In this document: positions 45,802-56,320 of the stretch, one piece after another
Position numbering within the stretch: position 1 is the stretch's first letter
Layout: each line of letters opens with the position of its first letter
Assembly: GCA_949283975.1 (NCBI GenBank)
Contig: CASDUK010000001.1
Location: 26,764 to 90,763, forward strand
DNA: 64,000 bases
Origin: an uncultured Bacillota bacterium
Lineage (GTDB): Bacteria > Bacillota > Clostridia > Christensenellales > UBA1242
Direction: 5' to 3'
Notes under the pieces: generated by a model
Told to the model about the DNA's origin: nothing
The model's database searches: none
Seen by the model: the letters and a program-made list of their open reading frames with translations, nothing else
Made by a program: the position numbers and the translations under genes

Positions 45802-47019
45802 TTAATTTTCGTCTTCATCTTCATAATTTTCGTCTTCAATTTGGCTTGGCGTAAAGGGCGGGTCAATTTGAGGAGCTTGAGAAGTGAAGGCAAGAACATC
45901 AACTTTTCCAAGTTTGGTTTGAATGTTTCTTGTTTTGCTTTCGGCGTCCTTCATTGTGTTTGCAACCTCTTGAAGTTTTTTGTTTGTCTTTGCAAGAATA
46001 TCTCCAAACTTATTAAATTCAACTTTAACACCTGTTAAAATATTCCAAACTTCGCTTGTTTGTTTTTCAATTGCAAGCGCGTGGAATCCAAGTTGAAGTG
46101 TGTTTATAAATGCCGTTAGCGTTGTTGGGCCTGTTACTGCAACTTTGTAGTCGCGCTGCAAACTTTCGCAAAGCGAAGTGTTTCTTAAAACCTCGCAATA
46201 AAGGCTTTCAATTGGAAGGAACATAACGCCAAAATCTGTTGTGAGCGGAGGGTTGATATACTTGTCGCGTATGTCGGCGGCAAATCGCTTTATGCTTGCG
46301 GCAAGGCTTTTTCTTGCGCTTATGGCCATTGCGGAATCTCCGGCCTCTTCGGCTTGGAGAAGGCGGTTGTAATCTTCAACTGGATATTTGCTATCTATTG
46401 GAAGCATAACAAACTTATCGCCAACTTTGCTTGGAATTTTAATTGCGAATTCAACAAAATCTTTGCTTCTTGGCTTTAATTTAACATTTCTTTGATATTG
46501 ATCCGGCGTTAGATATTGCTCTAAAATATTTCCAAGGCGAATTTCGCCCCATGTTCCGCGAGTTTTAACATCGGAAAGAACTTTCTTTAAATCTCCAACT
46601 CCGTTTGCAAGCGTTTTCATTTCGCCAAGCCCTTGATAAACAGATTCAAGCCTGTCGCTTACAAGTTTAAAAGATTCGCCAAGGCGCTTTTCAAGCGTTG
46701 AATGAAGCTTTTCGTCAACCGTTTCGCGCATTTTTTCAAGTTTTTCGCCGTTTTCTCTTTGAATTGAGGTTAATTTTTCCTCAACCGATTGTCTAATTTT
46801 TTCAAGTTTGTCTTCGTTTATCCTAGAAAAATTGTCAACCCGATTGCCCAAAATGTTGTTTATCTCTTCCCTTGTTTCTTTTAGGCCTTCGCGAAACTCC
46901 GATTTTAATGAGTTTAAATTGCCGTCTAAATTTCCCTGTTTGTTTTTTATTGATAGAACAATTAAAATCATATTTAAAACAATTAAAAGGCAAATTAAAA
47001 CTATTATAATTGTGTCCAT
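45802..47019 (-). CDS. rmuC: DNA recombination protein RmuC
   Basis: I start at MDTIIIVLICLL (SD gggagg upstream). N-terminal TM segment, coiled coil and an RmuC-type C-terminal region. Confidence 0.75.
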   Translation of the reverse strand: MDTIIIVLICLLIVLNMILIVLSIKNKQGNLDGNLNSLKSEFREGLKETREEINNILGNRVDNFSRINEDKLEKIRQSVEEKLTSIQRENGEKLEKMRETVDEKLHSTLEKRLGESFKLVSDRLESVYQGLGEMKTLANGVGDLKKVLSDVKTRGTWGEIRLGNILEQYLTPDQYQRNVKLKPRSKDFVEFAIKIPSKVGDKFVMLPIDSKYPVEDYNRLLQAEEAGDSAMAISARKSLAASIKRFAADIRDKYINPPLTTDFGVMFLPIESLYCEVLRNTSLCESLQRDYKVAVTGPTTLTAFINTLQLGFHALAIEKQTSEVWNILTGVKVEFNKFGDILAKTNKKLQEVANTMKDAESKTRNIQTKLGKVDVLAFTSQAPQIDPPFTPSQIEDENYEDEDEN

Positions 47020-47125
47020 AATTTCCTCCCAAGAAAAATTATAGCATATTTTAGTTAAAAATAATATAATTTTAAGGTTGAAAAAGCGGGCTGAAATATG
47101 ATATAATATAAATTGGGAGGAGTTT

Positions 47126-47590
47126 ATGGGATTGTTCAGTCTTGCTCCAAAACAAGGCGTTATCATAAGCGGTTTTGCGGGGATTGGAAAAACAGGCCTT
47201 AAAGAGCATGTTCCACACTTTGACGGAAAGAAAATTTATGACCTTTCTTCTTCATATTTTAGAAAAAACCCGGGATGGGAAAAGGTTTATTGCGACCTTG
47301 CAATTAATCTCGCAAAGGAATATGACTATGTTTTTATTTCAACCCACAACGTGGTTATTGGCGAGCTTCTTTCAAGAGGAACAAATTTTTATATTGTCTA
47401 CCCAAAACAATATTGCAAAGATGAATATATTCAAAGATATATAAGGCGCGGAAGCTCAAAAGAATATGTGGAAAAATTTATTAAAAATTGGGATTTTTTC
47501 ATAAAGCTTTTAGATGATCTTCCAACGCAAAATAAAATAACGCTTAGAACGGGGCAATATCTTTCAGACGTAATTGGAAGGCTTAGATAA
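47126..47590 (+). CDS. small P-loop-like protein, unknown function
   Basis: 154 aa with SGFAGIGKTG (Walker-A-like). SD gggagg upstream. Confidence 0.5.
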   Translation: MGLFSLAPKQGVIISGFAGIGKTGLKEHVPHFDGKKIYDLSSSYFRKNPGWEKVYCDLAINLAKEYDYVFISTHNVVIGELLSRGTNFYIVYPKQYCKDEYIQRYIRRGSSKEYVEKFIKNWDFFIKLLDDLPTQNKITLRTGQYLSDVIGRLR

Positions 47591-47595
47591 TCGAC

Positions 47596-47625
47596 AAAAG
47601 GTTGCGAAAATTCGCCACCTTTTTT
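47596..47625 (+). terminator. intrinsic terminator
   Basis: aaaaggt(t)gcgaa..ttcgc(c)acctttt hairpin followed by a T-run. Confidence 0.6.
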
Positions 47626-47660
47626 CATTTTATTTCGTCCTAAAGTTACTCAATTAATAA

Positions 47661-47672
47661 TATAATTTAGCT
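47661..47672 (+). promoter_or_regulatory. TATAAT placed 6 nt before the spoIIGA GTG start, with poor -35
   Basis: aataaTATAATttagctGTG, with no SD. Spo0A-box-like TTCGCCA (47611) and TCGACA (47591) lie upstream. Confidence 0.4.
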
Positions 47673-48545
47673 GTGGAAATTGTTGTTGAATATGTTTTAA
47701 TTGATAATATTGTTATCAATTTTTTAATTCTAAACCTTTCCGCAATGCTTTTAAAAGTTAGAGAGAATTTTCTTTCGCTGCGCCTTGTTTCAAGCGCAGC
47801 GCTTGGCGCAGTTTGTTCGCTTATCTCTCCGCTTTTAAATCTTCCAAGCTATCTCCAAATTGTTTTCAAGCTTGTTTTGGGGCTTTTAATGGTTAGAATT
47901 GGCCTAAACCCAACGGGGCTTAAGAAAAACGCAGTTTCATATTTCGTCTTTCTTCTTCTAACCGCGGCAATGGGCGGGGTTTGCTTTGGAATTGTTTTTC
48001 TTCTCTCTGGCGAAATTGAAAGCGGCTTTGTTTTGGTTTACAACATGGAAATTCCCGTTGGGGCAATTATCCTTGTTGTTTGGCTTGTATATCTTGGAAT
48101 TGCAAAATTGTTTTGCGCCCATGAAAAAAGAAAGTTATTTGGAAAATTTGTTTTTAAAGCGGAAATTAAAAACAACGGAAAATCAATTGAATTTGATGTA
48201 TTTTTAGATTCCGGAAACACGCTAACAGATCCAATTTCGCTAAAACCGGTTATGATTGTTGATTACAGCGTGTTTAGAAAAATTTTTGACCTTCCACTTG
48301 AAAAAGTTCTTATGAAAAAAATTGGAAAACAAGACATTTTAAGCTCACATTACATCGACTTTGGAACGGTTGGAAACGGAGGGAAGATGCTTGTTTTTGA
48401 GGTTGAAAGCGTTGTTTTAAAAGCGGGGGAGAGGGAAACGGAAATAAAAAACCCCGCAATTGGTTTAACTTTTTCAAAGCTTCAAAAAAGCTTCAACTGC
48501 GAAGGGTTAATTGGAGTTGAATTTGCAAAGGAGTTTGTTCAATGA
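47673..48545 (+). CDS. spoIIGA: sigma-E processing peptidase SpoIIGA
   Basis: 290 aa with five N-terminal TM segments, LDSGN (aspartic protease motif), directly upstream of sigE. Confidence 0.85.
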   Translation: MEIVVEYVLIDNIVINFLILNLSAMLLKVRENFLSLRLVSSAALGAVCSLISPLLNLPSYLQIVFKLVLGLLMVRIGLNPTGLKKNAVSYFVFLLLTAAMGGVCFGIVFLLSGEIESGFVLVYNMEIPVGAIILVVWLVYLGIAKLFCAHEKRKLFGKFVFKAEIKNNGKSIEFDVFLDSGNTLTDPISLKPVMIVDYSVFRKIFDLPLEKVLMKKIGKQDILSSHYIDFGTVGNGGKMLVFEVESVVLKAGERETEIKNPAIGLTFSKLQKSFNCEGLIGVEFAKEFVQ

Positions 48546-49279
48546 AATTGTTTAGAAAATTAAGAGAATTTAAACTTTGGCTTTTAAAAAAGTTTGGGAA
48601 GAAAAATTTTTTTAACCCAAAGTTTCTTGTCTGTTACATTTGCGGGAACGAAGCGCTTCCGCTTCCGCTTGACGGCGAGGAGGAAAAAATTTTGTTGGAG
48701 GAGCTTTCAAACGGAAATCAAAGTGCAAAAGAAAAGCTTATTGAACACAATCTTAGGCTTGTTGTTTACATTGCAAAAAAGTTTGAAAACACGGGGCTTG
48801 AACTTGAAGATTTAATTTCAATTGGCGCAATTGGGCTGATCAAAGCTGTTCAAACATATAACTATGACAAACAAATAAAACTTGCAACATATGCAAGCAG
48901 ATGCATTGAGAACGAAATTTTGATGCAGCTTAGAAAAACTTCTAAAACAAAGAGCGAAATAAGTTTTGACGAGCCGCTGAATTTTGATCAGGACGGAAAC
49001 GAACTTTTGCTTTCGGACATTTTGTTTACGGAGGAAGATTCCGTTTCGAAAAGTTTGGATCAAAGCGTTGAAAAACAATTGCTTTGGGAAAGCATAAAAA
49101 AACTTGGCGCAAGAGAGCAGGAAATTATGATGTTAAGATTTGGCCTTGGAGGGCGAGAAGAAAAAACCCAAAAGGAAGTTGCAGACCTTATGGGAATTTC
49201 CCAAAGCTATATCTCCAGAATTGAAAAGAAAATTTTGGACAGGTTAAAAAAAGAACTGCTTAAGGTAAGCAGTTTCTAA
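48542..49279 (+). CDS. sigE: sporulation sigma factor SigE (pro-sigma-E)
   Basis: 245 aa with a pro-sequence then [25 protein letters not shown] and region 4. ATGA overlap with spoIIGA. Confidence 0.9.
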   Translation: MKLFRKLREFKLWLLKKFGKKNFFNPKFLVCYICGNEALPLPLDGEEEKILLEELSNGNQSAKEKLIEHNLRLVVYIAKKFENTGLELEDLISIGAIGLIKAVQTYNYDKQIKLATYASRCIENEILMQLRKTSKTKSEISFDEPLNFDQDGNELLLSDILFTEEDSVSKSLDQSVEKQLLWESIKKLGAREQEIMMLRFGLGGREEKTQKEVADLMGISQSYISRIEKKILDRLKKELLKVSSF

Positions 49280-51162
49280 TATATCCCTGGGCTAAGCAGG
49301 GTGTTTGAAAGAACAAGGCGGAAGTTGTAATCTGTGTCTGGCGGATCGTTTGGCGTCTTAACAACATCTAAAACAATTTCAAAGAACGAACTGTTAATTT
49401 TCTTTTCGTTCAAAACAGTAATTCCGCCATAGCCGTTTTCGGAGGAAATAACTTTGTAAAGATCTTGAATTGCCTCAAATTCCGTAAGGGTAACTTCGCC
49501 GCCTTCCGCTCCAGCAACGGCGTCAAGAAGCGAGTCGTTGTTGAAGAAGCCAATGGTGTAATAGGTAACCTCATATCCAGTTGAATCCTTTTCTGTTATA
49601 ACAGCTTCTTGGGGAAGCTCGTCTGTTTCAATTGAAAGCTCAAAGTCGTTTTCCCAATATGTTCTTCCGTCTGGGTCAACGCCCTCATAGCCGTCATCAA
49701 AGTTAATTTGGTCGCAATCAAATTCAAAAAGCTTTCGATAGCCCGTTATTTCGTTGTAATATTGATATCTAACCTTAGCGTTAATTTTAAGATCTTTGTT
49801 ATAGCTCATAAAGTTAAAAACAAAGCCAGCCTCAAGCCTAATTCCACCTTCCAAAAGTGTTGTAATTGTTCTTGCCGGAACAACTAAAATTGATTGATAT
49901 TCACCAATTGGCTTGTTTGAAAATTGATAGTCAACATCGTCCTCCCCAAAAAGCGTTTCGCCCGGGAAATATCTAACATATGTTGCCGGCTTTGCAGCAA
50001 AGCTTGTTTCGCTAATAATTTCCCCGTATGCGTCTCTTCCCTCAAATGTAACGCTATAGTTCGTAATTGGTTCATAATCATAAACCCAAACATCCCCCGA
50101 ACCGTCATAGGTTAGGCCGTAAACAATTTTAACAATCGTGTCAACATAATTTCTGTAGTTGATTGGATTCTCCTTATTGATCTCCTCACGGATAAATTTA
50201 TTGTAATCCTCCGTAACAGCCGTCTCCCCAATAACTTCGTCCAAAATGTAATCAATTAATCTGTCTGCATTGTCCTTAGTAAACCCCGTGTAGCGCGTTT
50301 GGTTTTCATATTGAGCTTGAAGGGCGGAAGCGTAGTTTTCAAGTTTTTCCTCTTGAATAGGTGGGTCAGGAGGGGAAATCTCATCTAATTCTCCAGATAA
50401 AACATATCCGGACCAATTTAAAACTTCTGCGCTATTAGAAAATTCTACTTTAAAAGTATAAGTATATGCATTATCTTTGGTACCATAACTTACTGAAATT
50501 TCCGTTAAGTTGTCATAACCCAACATAATTTCATAAATTACAATCTGTAAAATATTTCGGAAAAGATAATTGTAGAGCAAGCTTGAGTAGGTGGCGCTTA
50601 AGTAATCAAAGGCCTCTGTAACTGCTCCAGACCATTCTTCTAATTTTTCAAAGCCATCATCATCATCGCTTAAATCATTTTGCAAACCTTCTACTGTTGG
50701 GGTCTCTTTAGGCGAAATAAACCAATTCCAGTGAACATCTTCAAAAGCAACTGTTTTATTTCCGTTTTCTGTTTTTTCATATGCATAAAATCTGATGCTA
50801 TCTGGGAAAACAATATCGCCAGCCAGTTTTGGATTCTCTGATGGCAAGGAATCTAAATTGCCATCGCCAAAATAAGCGCTTATTTGTTGAAGAAAATAAG
50901 TATTGAAATTTCGTGTTGACCAAGTTCTTGCTTCGCTGTCGTCAATTCCGCCATAGCCGGAAGTGTCGTTTGCAAAAACCGTGTTAAAACCGCCAACATA
51001 TCTTTCAAAGAAGGAGGGGGAGGCGGAAGGGTTTTCTGGGTCATAAAATTCGTCGTCTTCGTCGCAACCGGCAAAAACAAGCGCAACGCCAAGAAAAAGA
51101 ACAATTGCAAGCGCAATTGAAAGAACGCTTTTAAAAAAACTTTTCTTTGTCTTTTCCTTCAT
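49276..51162 (-). CDS. lipoprotein, unknown function
   Basis: 628 aa with a signal peptide and lipobox (LVFAGC). Acidic, Tyr/Asn-rich. Confidence 0.65.
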   Translation of the reverse strand: MKEKTKKSFFKSVLSIALAIVLFLGVALVFAGCDEDDEFYDPENPSASPSFFERYVGGFNTVFANDTSGYGGIDDSEARTWSTRNFNTYFLQQISAYFGDGNLDSLPSENPKLAGDIVFPDSIRFYAYEKTENGNKTVAFEDVHWNWFISPKETPTVEGLQNDLSDDDDGFEKLEEWSGAVTEAFDYLSATYSSLLYNYLFRNILQIVIYEIMLGYDNLTEISVSYGTKDNAYTYTFKVEFSNSAEVLNWSGYVLSGELDEISPPDPPIQEEKLENYASALQAQYENQTRYTGFTKDNADRLIDYILDEVIGETAVTEDYNKFIREEINKENPINYRNYVDTIVKIVYGLTYDGSGDVWVYDYEPITNYSVTFEGRDAYGEIISETSFAAKPATYVRYFPGETLFGEDDVDYQFSNKPIGEYQSILVVPARTITTLLEGGIRLEAGFVFNFMSYNKDLKINAKVRYQYYNEITGYRKLFEFDCDQINFDDGYEGVDPDGRTYWENDFELSIETDELPQEAVITEKDSTGYEVTYYTIGFFNNDSLLDAVAGAEGGEVTLTEFEAIQDLYKVISSENGYGGITVLNEKKINSSFFEIVLDVVKTPNDPPDTDYNFRLVLSNTLLSPGIY

Positions 51163-51197
51163 GGTTTTAGTATAATTGTTTTTTTTAATTTTAGCAA
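51163..51197 (-). promoter_or_regulatory. promoter with its -10 placed 6 nt before the lipoprotein ATG; candidate leaderless promoter
   Basis: Minus strand reads TTGCTA, 17-nt spacer, TATACT, aaaacc, ATG. Confidence 0.5.
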
Positions 51198-51218
51198 GCG
51201 TTTTAAAAAAATTTGGGG

Positions 51219-51247
51219 TTGACTTTTAGGCTTCGTTCATATATAAT
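51219..51247 (+). promoter_or_regulatory. sigma-A type promoter for the 51272 gene
   Basis: TTGACT, 17-nt spacer, TATAAT. Confidence 0.65.
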
Positions 51248-51271
51248 ATAACCAGAAAAGGAGAAAGATGT

Positions 51272-52486
51272 ATGGCGCTTTCAAAAGGGAAAAAGGTTTT
51301 AATTGCAATTGTTGGGGCGGTTGTTACAATTGGAGCAGTAATTGGAACTGTTTTTGCGGTTAAAAAAATAAAGGAAAATGTTGAAATGACGGACAGGCCA
51401 GGAATTACAACGCCGGTAAACCCAGGGCAAGGCGATGAAGGGCAAAAACCCGGGCAAGGCGATGAAGGGCAAAACCCTGGACAAGACGAAGGGCAAGAAC
51501 CTGGGCAGGGCGACGAAGGGCAGCAAGGCGGAGGCGATGAAGGTCAAAAACCCGGGGAAGGCGATGAAGGGCAAGACCCAGGACAAGGCGACGAAGAGCA
51601 CCCGGGCGGAGGCGATGAAGGGCAAGAACCTGGGGAAGGAGACGAAGGGCAGCAAGGCGGAGGCGATGAAGGAAGCGGCGATGAGACTCCAGGAATTTCA
51701 GAAGAAGAATATTATGAAAAGAATTTGGATTTAATAAAGGCTGCGCTTGTTGAAGAATATTCAAAAGATAATCCAAAGCGAACCTTAATTTTAGATGAAG
51801 ATAGTATTGTAATTAATGAAGCGCTTGGTGAGATTTATTTTGCTGGGCATACACAGGGAGGCTTAGGAGCCGTTAAGAATTTGTTTTTCACAGCGAAATT
51901 TGATAATAATATACTTTCGCATTCTCAAGAAAAAATATATGAAATACTAAACAGTAAAACTTATGACATAAACTTTACTAATATAAAGTCTATTCGAGGA
52001 AATTTATCAACAGAAGTTTACAACGAATTTTCAAACTATCTTTTAAAGCAAAAGTATGATTTTAATGGAAAAGGCCTTTCCTTTAGCAAAGAGGCAATAG
52101 TTTTAAATATTTCAGAATTCAAAGATGGAGATGCATTTGGAGGGCAGTATATTCAATTTCTAGTTATAGACGGAAATATGATTTACACGGCGCGCCTTGA
52201 AAACGCTATGCCAGCATCAATGGGAGATATTGCAATTAGTCAAATAATGGGCTATAGTAACAACGTTTTTAAGATTACTGCGGTTAACGATTTTGCGGAA
52301 TTTGGAGTTGACGGAGCAGAGCAAGGCGGAGGCGAAGCGGAGAATGCCGGATATGTTTTGGATTTATCGGAAGTTCCAATATCCAAAGCAGAGGCCGCGT
52401 CTTTGGCATTTGATATATGGTCATTAAACCCAGAGAAAGATATGGACGTTATACTTCCAGCGAATGATTCGGGTTTAGAGATGTAA
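51272..52486 (+). CDS. membrane-anchored protein with an acidic G/Q/D/E octapeptide-repeat linker, unknown function
   Basis: 404 aa with an N-terminal TM segment (VLIAIVGAVVTIGAVIGTVFAV), a repeat linker and a ~260-aa C-terminal globular part. SD aaaggag upstream. Confidence 0.65.
   Translation: MALSKGKKVLIAIVGAVVTIGAVIGTVFAVKKIKENVEMTDRPGITTPVNPGQGDEGQKPGQGDEGQNPGQDEGQEPGQGDEGQQGGGDEGQKPGEGDEGQDPGQGDEEHPGGGDEGQEPGEGDEGQQGGGDEGSGDETPGISEEEYYEKNLDLIKAALVEEYSKDNPKRTLILDEDSIVINEALGEIYFAGHTQGGLGAVKNLFFTAKFDNNILSHSQEKIYEILNSKTYDINFTNIKSIRGNLSTEVYNEFSNYLLKQKYDFNGKGLSFSKEAIVLNISEFKDGDAFGGQYIQFLVIDGNMIYTARLENAMPASMGDIAISQIMGYSNNVFKITAVNDFAEFGVDGAEQGGGEAENAGYVLDLSEVPISKAEAASLAFDIWSLNPEKDMDVILPANDSGLEM
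51421..51685 (+). repeat. degenerate 24-bp (8-codon) tandem repeat encoding (P)GQGDEGQx units
   Basis: About ten units of ggcgatgaagggcaaaaacccgggcaa-like sequence. Locally G+C-richer than the surroundings. Confidence 0.8.
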
Positions 52487-52491
52487 CAAAT

Positions 52492-52517
52492 AAAACCGGC
52501 AGTTGCCGGTTTTTTTA
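52492..52517. terminator. bidirectional terminator
   Basis: aaaaccggc-agtt-gccggtttt hairpin within the palindromic context caaataaaa...ttttatttg. Confidence 0.8.
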
Positions 52518-52560
52518 TTTGTTATAATTTGACGAATTTTGTCGAAAAAGCACGAAAATT

Positions 52561-53943
52561 TTAAACGAAAAGTTTTTTCTTGCGCTCAATCATTTCATCA
52601 AGGCGAGAGATGTATTCGCCAATAAACTTAACGTTTGGGCTGCGTTCAATTCTGTTTTCAACGGAGAAAACGCGCTTTGAAATTGCGTTTGCGCCGCACG
52701 CAATAACGCTTGTTGTTTCTTCCATGCTGTCAACATTGAACAAACAAATTTTCCCTTTTTGGGCGTATCCAACGTTTTCAAGGCCAAGGGGAGTGTTTTT
52801 TTGGCGGTAGAGATAGTATGGAACAAAGCCTTCTTTTAGAAGCTCTGCGTTGGCAAAGGAAATCATCTTCTCAACCTCTTTTGGAGGGGGAACTTCAAGG
52901 GAAATTGACTTGTTTTTTTGTTTTTGAATTGTAAGCGTGCTTCCGCGCTTTAGTGCAAGCGCGTGGACGGTTATGTTCGCCGGCGCCATTTCGATTGCCG
53001 CTTGAAGAGATTTTTTAAAGGTTTGGAAACTTTCGCCGGGAAGGCCGGCAATTAAATCCAAGTTCACGTCAAAACCAAATTCAACGGCAAGTTTGTAGGC
53101 GGAAAGAATTTCTTTAACGCCGTGGTTTCTTCCAATTGCCTTAAGCGTTCTTTCGCAAAAGGTTTGGGGGTTTACGCAAATTCGCGTTACGCCCATTTCC
53201 TTTAAAACGGAAAGTTTTTCGCGGGTTATTGTGTCCGGCCGGCCAGCTTCAACGGTTAGCTCTGTTGCTCGGAAATTGATTTCGGACAAAATTCTTTTCA
53301 AATCTTGGGCAGAGAGAACGGTTGGCGTTCCTCCGCCAACATAAACCGAGCGAACAATTAGATTCTTTTTTGCAATAATTTCCTTTGCCGCTTTAATTTC
53401 GCAAATTAGCGCTTCAACGTAGTTTTCAACCATGTCCTTAACTTCGCCAATTTCGCTTGAAATGAAGCTGCAATATTTACACCTTGACGGGCAAATTGGA
53501 ATGTTGACGAAAAAATCGACTAAATTGTCGTTTTTAATTATGCAATTTTGATTTGAAATTACATCTCTAACAAGCTTTGCCTTGTTTTCGGAAAGGTTGT
53601 AATCTCTAATCAATGTTTCCTTTAGAAGGTGTTTTTCCGTTCCGGTTGACAAAAGGTCGTAGGCGAGTTTTGTTGGCCTAACGCCAGTTAGCGAGCCCCA
53701 CTCAAAAGTTTTTCCAAGGGCGGAGGACAGGGCAAGATAGAGCGCGCGCTTTTCGTCGCTTTTTTCCTTTTTTAAATATTTTTTAATTCTAAAAATCTTT
53801 CCAAGGACGTCGATTACATATTCGTCATCTGTTTTTTCAAAGAAAATTTTTCCTTCCTGTTCCTCTTCAAAAGTTGGATAGAAAAGCCTTAAAACTTCGG
53901 TTAGTTCCTTTTCGTTTTCAACATTTTTGCAAATTAGTTCCAT
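52561..53943 (-). CDS. hemZ: radical SAM protein, HemZ/HemN-like (coproporphyrinogen dehydrogenase family)
   Basis: CPSRCKYCSF (CxxxCxxC). I start at the ATG at 53943 (MELICKN...) preceded by aggtga. The track TTG start at 53976 would overlap recJ. Confidence 0.7.
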   Translation of the reverse strand: MELICKNVENEKELTEVLRLFYPTFEEEQEGKIFFEKTDDEYVIDVLGKIFRIKKYLKKEKSDEKRALYLALSSALGKTFEWGSLTGVRPTKLAYDLLSTGTEKHLLKETLIRDYNLSENKAKLVRDVISNQNCIIKNDNLVDFFVNIPICPSRCKYCSFISSEIGEVKDMVENYVEALICEIKAAKEIIAKKNLIVRSVYVGGGTPTVLSAQDLKRILSEINFRATELTVEAGRPDTITREKLSVLKEMGVTRICVNPQTFCERTLKAIGRNHGVKEILSAYKLAVEFGFDVNLDLIAGLPGESFQTFKKSLQAAIEMAPANITVHALALKRGSTLTIQKQKNKSISLEVPPPKEVEKMISFANAELLKEGFVPYYLYRQKNTPLGLENVGYAQKGKICLFNVDSMEETTSVIACGANAISKRVFSVENRIERSPNVKFIGEYISRLDEMIERKKKLFV

Positions 53944-53947
53944 ATTT

Positions 53948-56320
53948 TCACCTAACAAGTTGTTTAATTGCGCCAAGCGCGTTAAAAATTTTTGAATTTG
54001 AAAGCTGGGATTTTTTGTTTGTTATTTCAAGCTCTATTAAACTTGTTTCGTCAAAGCTTATAATCCCAAGTTCTTTCAAGATTAAAACATATGCATAAAA
54101 ATTTACAAAGGAAATTTTAACCTTTTTGCAAATTAGGTTATACATATGTGAAAGATTTGAAAATTTTTGGCCAGAAAATTCTTTTAGTTTAACAAAGAAA
54201 TTTCCAATTTCTTGGCGGGATAGATTGAGCGCGGAAAAAAGTTTTTTGTTAAAACTTGAATTTTTTGGAAGGTAGATTTCTGCGCTTGAATATTTTTTAA
54301 TTTCTGAGAGATAGGAGGGATCTAAAACACCGTCTAAAAAGACAATTTTTTTGTAATTTTTGAAGATTTTTGGATTGGTTGGGTAAAGATAGAGCGCGTT
54401 GTAACCTGCGTCTGACGAGTTGTTGAAAACGAAGAGGTCGAAGATGTTTTCGCAGGAATATGTTTCAATAAATTTCCTATATGTTGAACTTTTTGTTGTT
54501 ACAAAAATTGTTCCAAACGCGCTGCTGTCACACTCCGCCAAAAGCCCAATTATGTCTTCTTCTTGATATGTTTTTGTTTGAACTTTCCAAGTGTTATTTA
54601 AATATTTTAGCTGTTCGAAGCAATATGCGTCCAAATTGTTTGAAAAACTTTTGTCAAGCTCAAACCCGCCGTTAAAGTTTTTTACAATTCCTTTAATATG
54701 CCCGTTTAGTTTGTTTTGAATTTCAAAGACAATGTTTTTTTGCTTTGCATATTTAAGCGAAAAATATCTGTCTAAACAGTTGAAATATACTAAATTTAGC
54801 TTGCCAATTGAAATATTGTAATGGCAGGGAAAGTTTTTAAGCGCGCCAACTTTTGCGCTTTGGGTTGAAATTTTTAAGAGTGGTTTTGCGTTTCCAAGGC
54901 CAAACGGCTCAAGTTTTTCAAGGTCTTTTAAAAATTTATCCGAAATTTGCTCCTGCTCAATGTCAAGGTCGTAATATGAAATTGGCAAAAACGCCTTTGG
55001 GCTAACCTTATTTAGAATGAAATTGTTAACGTTTTCTTTAAAAAGCGGAAAATGTTCAACTTTCAAACACATTCCTGCCGCCATTTTGTGGCCGCCGAAG
55101 GTTTCCAAAACATCTTTCATGCTGGACAAAATTTCGTGGACATTTATATCTGTCAAACTTCTTGCAGAGCCCTTTAAAAGCCCATTTTCTTCCGAAAACA
55201 AAAAAGCAGGGCGGTTGTATGTTTCAACAAGCCTTGCGCAAACAATTCCCAAAATTCCGCTGTCCCATTCCTTTGAAGAGAGAATTATTGCAGGCTTTAA
55301 AGCCATGTTTTGGGTTTCTAGCATTTTTACGCAGTCTTCAAAAACCTTCCCACAGGCTTTTTGCCTTTTTAAATTATATTCGTTTATCTTTGCAATTTGA
55401 GCTTTAATTTCCGCCGGATTTGTTGTTAGATAAAGTTTTAAACTATCGGACGCTTCGCCCATTCTTCCGCTTGAGTTGATTTTTGGCGCAATTTTGAAGG
55501 CAATGTCCGTTGAATTAATCATATTTAGCGGAATTTTATTGTCCTTTAAAAGCTCTTTGATTCCGGGCGGGAGAAATTTTTCGAAAAGTTTTAGCCCCTC
55601 GCTAACAATTGCGCGGTTTTCATCTGTTAGCGAAACAATGTCTGCAATTGTTGCAATTGCTGCAATTGGAAGAAATTCCTCACAATCGCTGTTTAAAATT
55701 GCTTGTGAAAGTTTAAGGGCAACGCCCGTTCCACAAAGCTCTTTAAAAGGGTATTCTTGCCCCTCGAGTTTTGGGTTTATAACAATTGTTTCTGGAATTT
55801 GTTCTGGAATTTCGTGGTGGTCGGTTACAATAACATCAATTCCAAGGCTTTTTGCATATTCAACCTCATCGTGGCAGGAGATTCCGCAATCAACAGTTAT
55901 AATTAAGTTTGGATTAAAATTTTTATTAATTTTGTCAATTGTTTCTTTGGTTAAGCCATAGCCGTCTATAAACCGATTTGGAAGATAGTAACTAACAAAA
56001 GCGCCAAGTTTTTCAAAAAGTTTAATCAAAATTGCCGTTGCGCTAACGCCGTCAACATCATAATCGCCAAAAACCAAAATTTTTTTCTTGTTTTCAACAG
56101 CCCAAAGAATTTTTTCTCTTGCTTCTTTAATTCCAAGAAGCAAAAACGGGTTGTTAAATTGGCTTTTGTTTGGGCTTAGAAAGGAAAGAATTTTTTCCCT
56201 TGTGTCAATTCCGCGCGAAAACAAAAGCTCAACAACTTTTTCGTCTAAGTTGAGTTGTTTTGCCATATCGCAAATTAGCGCAAAGTTGTCCTTTGCGTTA
56301 TAGAATTTTTGTTGTTTCAT
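53948..56320 (-). CDS. recJ: single-stranded-DNA-specific exonuclease RecJ
   Basis: 790 aa with DHH motifs (GDYDVDGVSA, VTDHH) and a DHHA1 region. Confidence 0.88.
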   Translation of the reverse strand: MKQQKFYNAKDNFALICDMAKQLNLDEKVVELLFSRGIDTREKILSFLSPNKSQFNNPFLLLGIKEAREKILWAVENKKKILVFGDYDVDGVSATAILIKLFEKLGAFVSYYLPNRFIDGYGLTKETIDKINKNFNPNLIITVDCGISCHDEVEYAKSLGIDVIVTDHHEIPEQIPETIVINPKLEGQEYPFKELCGTGVALKLSQAILNSDCEEFLPIAAIATIADIVSLTDENRAIVSEGLKLFEKFLPPGIKELLKDNKIPLNMINSTDIAFKIAPKINSSGRMGEASDSLKLYLTTNPAEIKAQIAKINEYNLKRQKACGKVFEDCVKMLETQNMALKPAIILSSKEWDSGILGIVCARLVETYNRPAFLFSEENGLLKGSARSLTDINVHEILSSMKDVLETFGGHKMAAGMCLKVEHFPLFKENVNNFILNKVSPKAFLPISYYDLDIEQEQISDKFLKDLEKLEPFGLGNAKPLLKISTQSAKVGALKNFPCHYNISIGKLNLVYFNCLDRYFSLKYAKQKNIVFEIQNKLNGHIKGIVKNFNGGFELDKSFSNNLDAYCFEQLKYLNNTWKVQTKTYQEEDIIGLLAECDSSAFGTIFVTTKSSTYRKFIETYSCENIFDLFVFNNSSDAGYNALYLYPTNPKIFKNYKKIVFLDGVLDPSYLSEIKKYSSAEIYLPKNSSFNKKLFSALNLSRQEIGNFFVKLKEFSGQKFSNLSHMYNLICKKVKISFVNFYAYVLILKELGIISFDETSLIELEITNKKSQLSNSKIFNALGAIKQLVR

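Noticed and set aside
47020-47166. Long N-terminal extensions in ORF-track entries (rmuC to 47166, SDR to 24306, ackA from 24343, argS from 38641, FAD protein from 34722, ung from 56849, hemZ to 53976)
   Set aside because: In each case an internal ATG is preceded by a good SD (or a -10-N6 arrangement) and begins at the conserved N-terminus. The extensions are AT-rich read-through, so I trimmed the starts.
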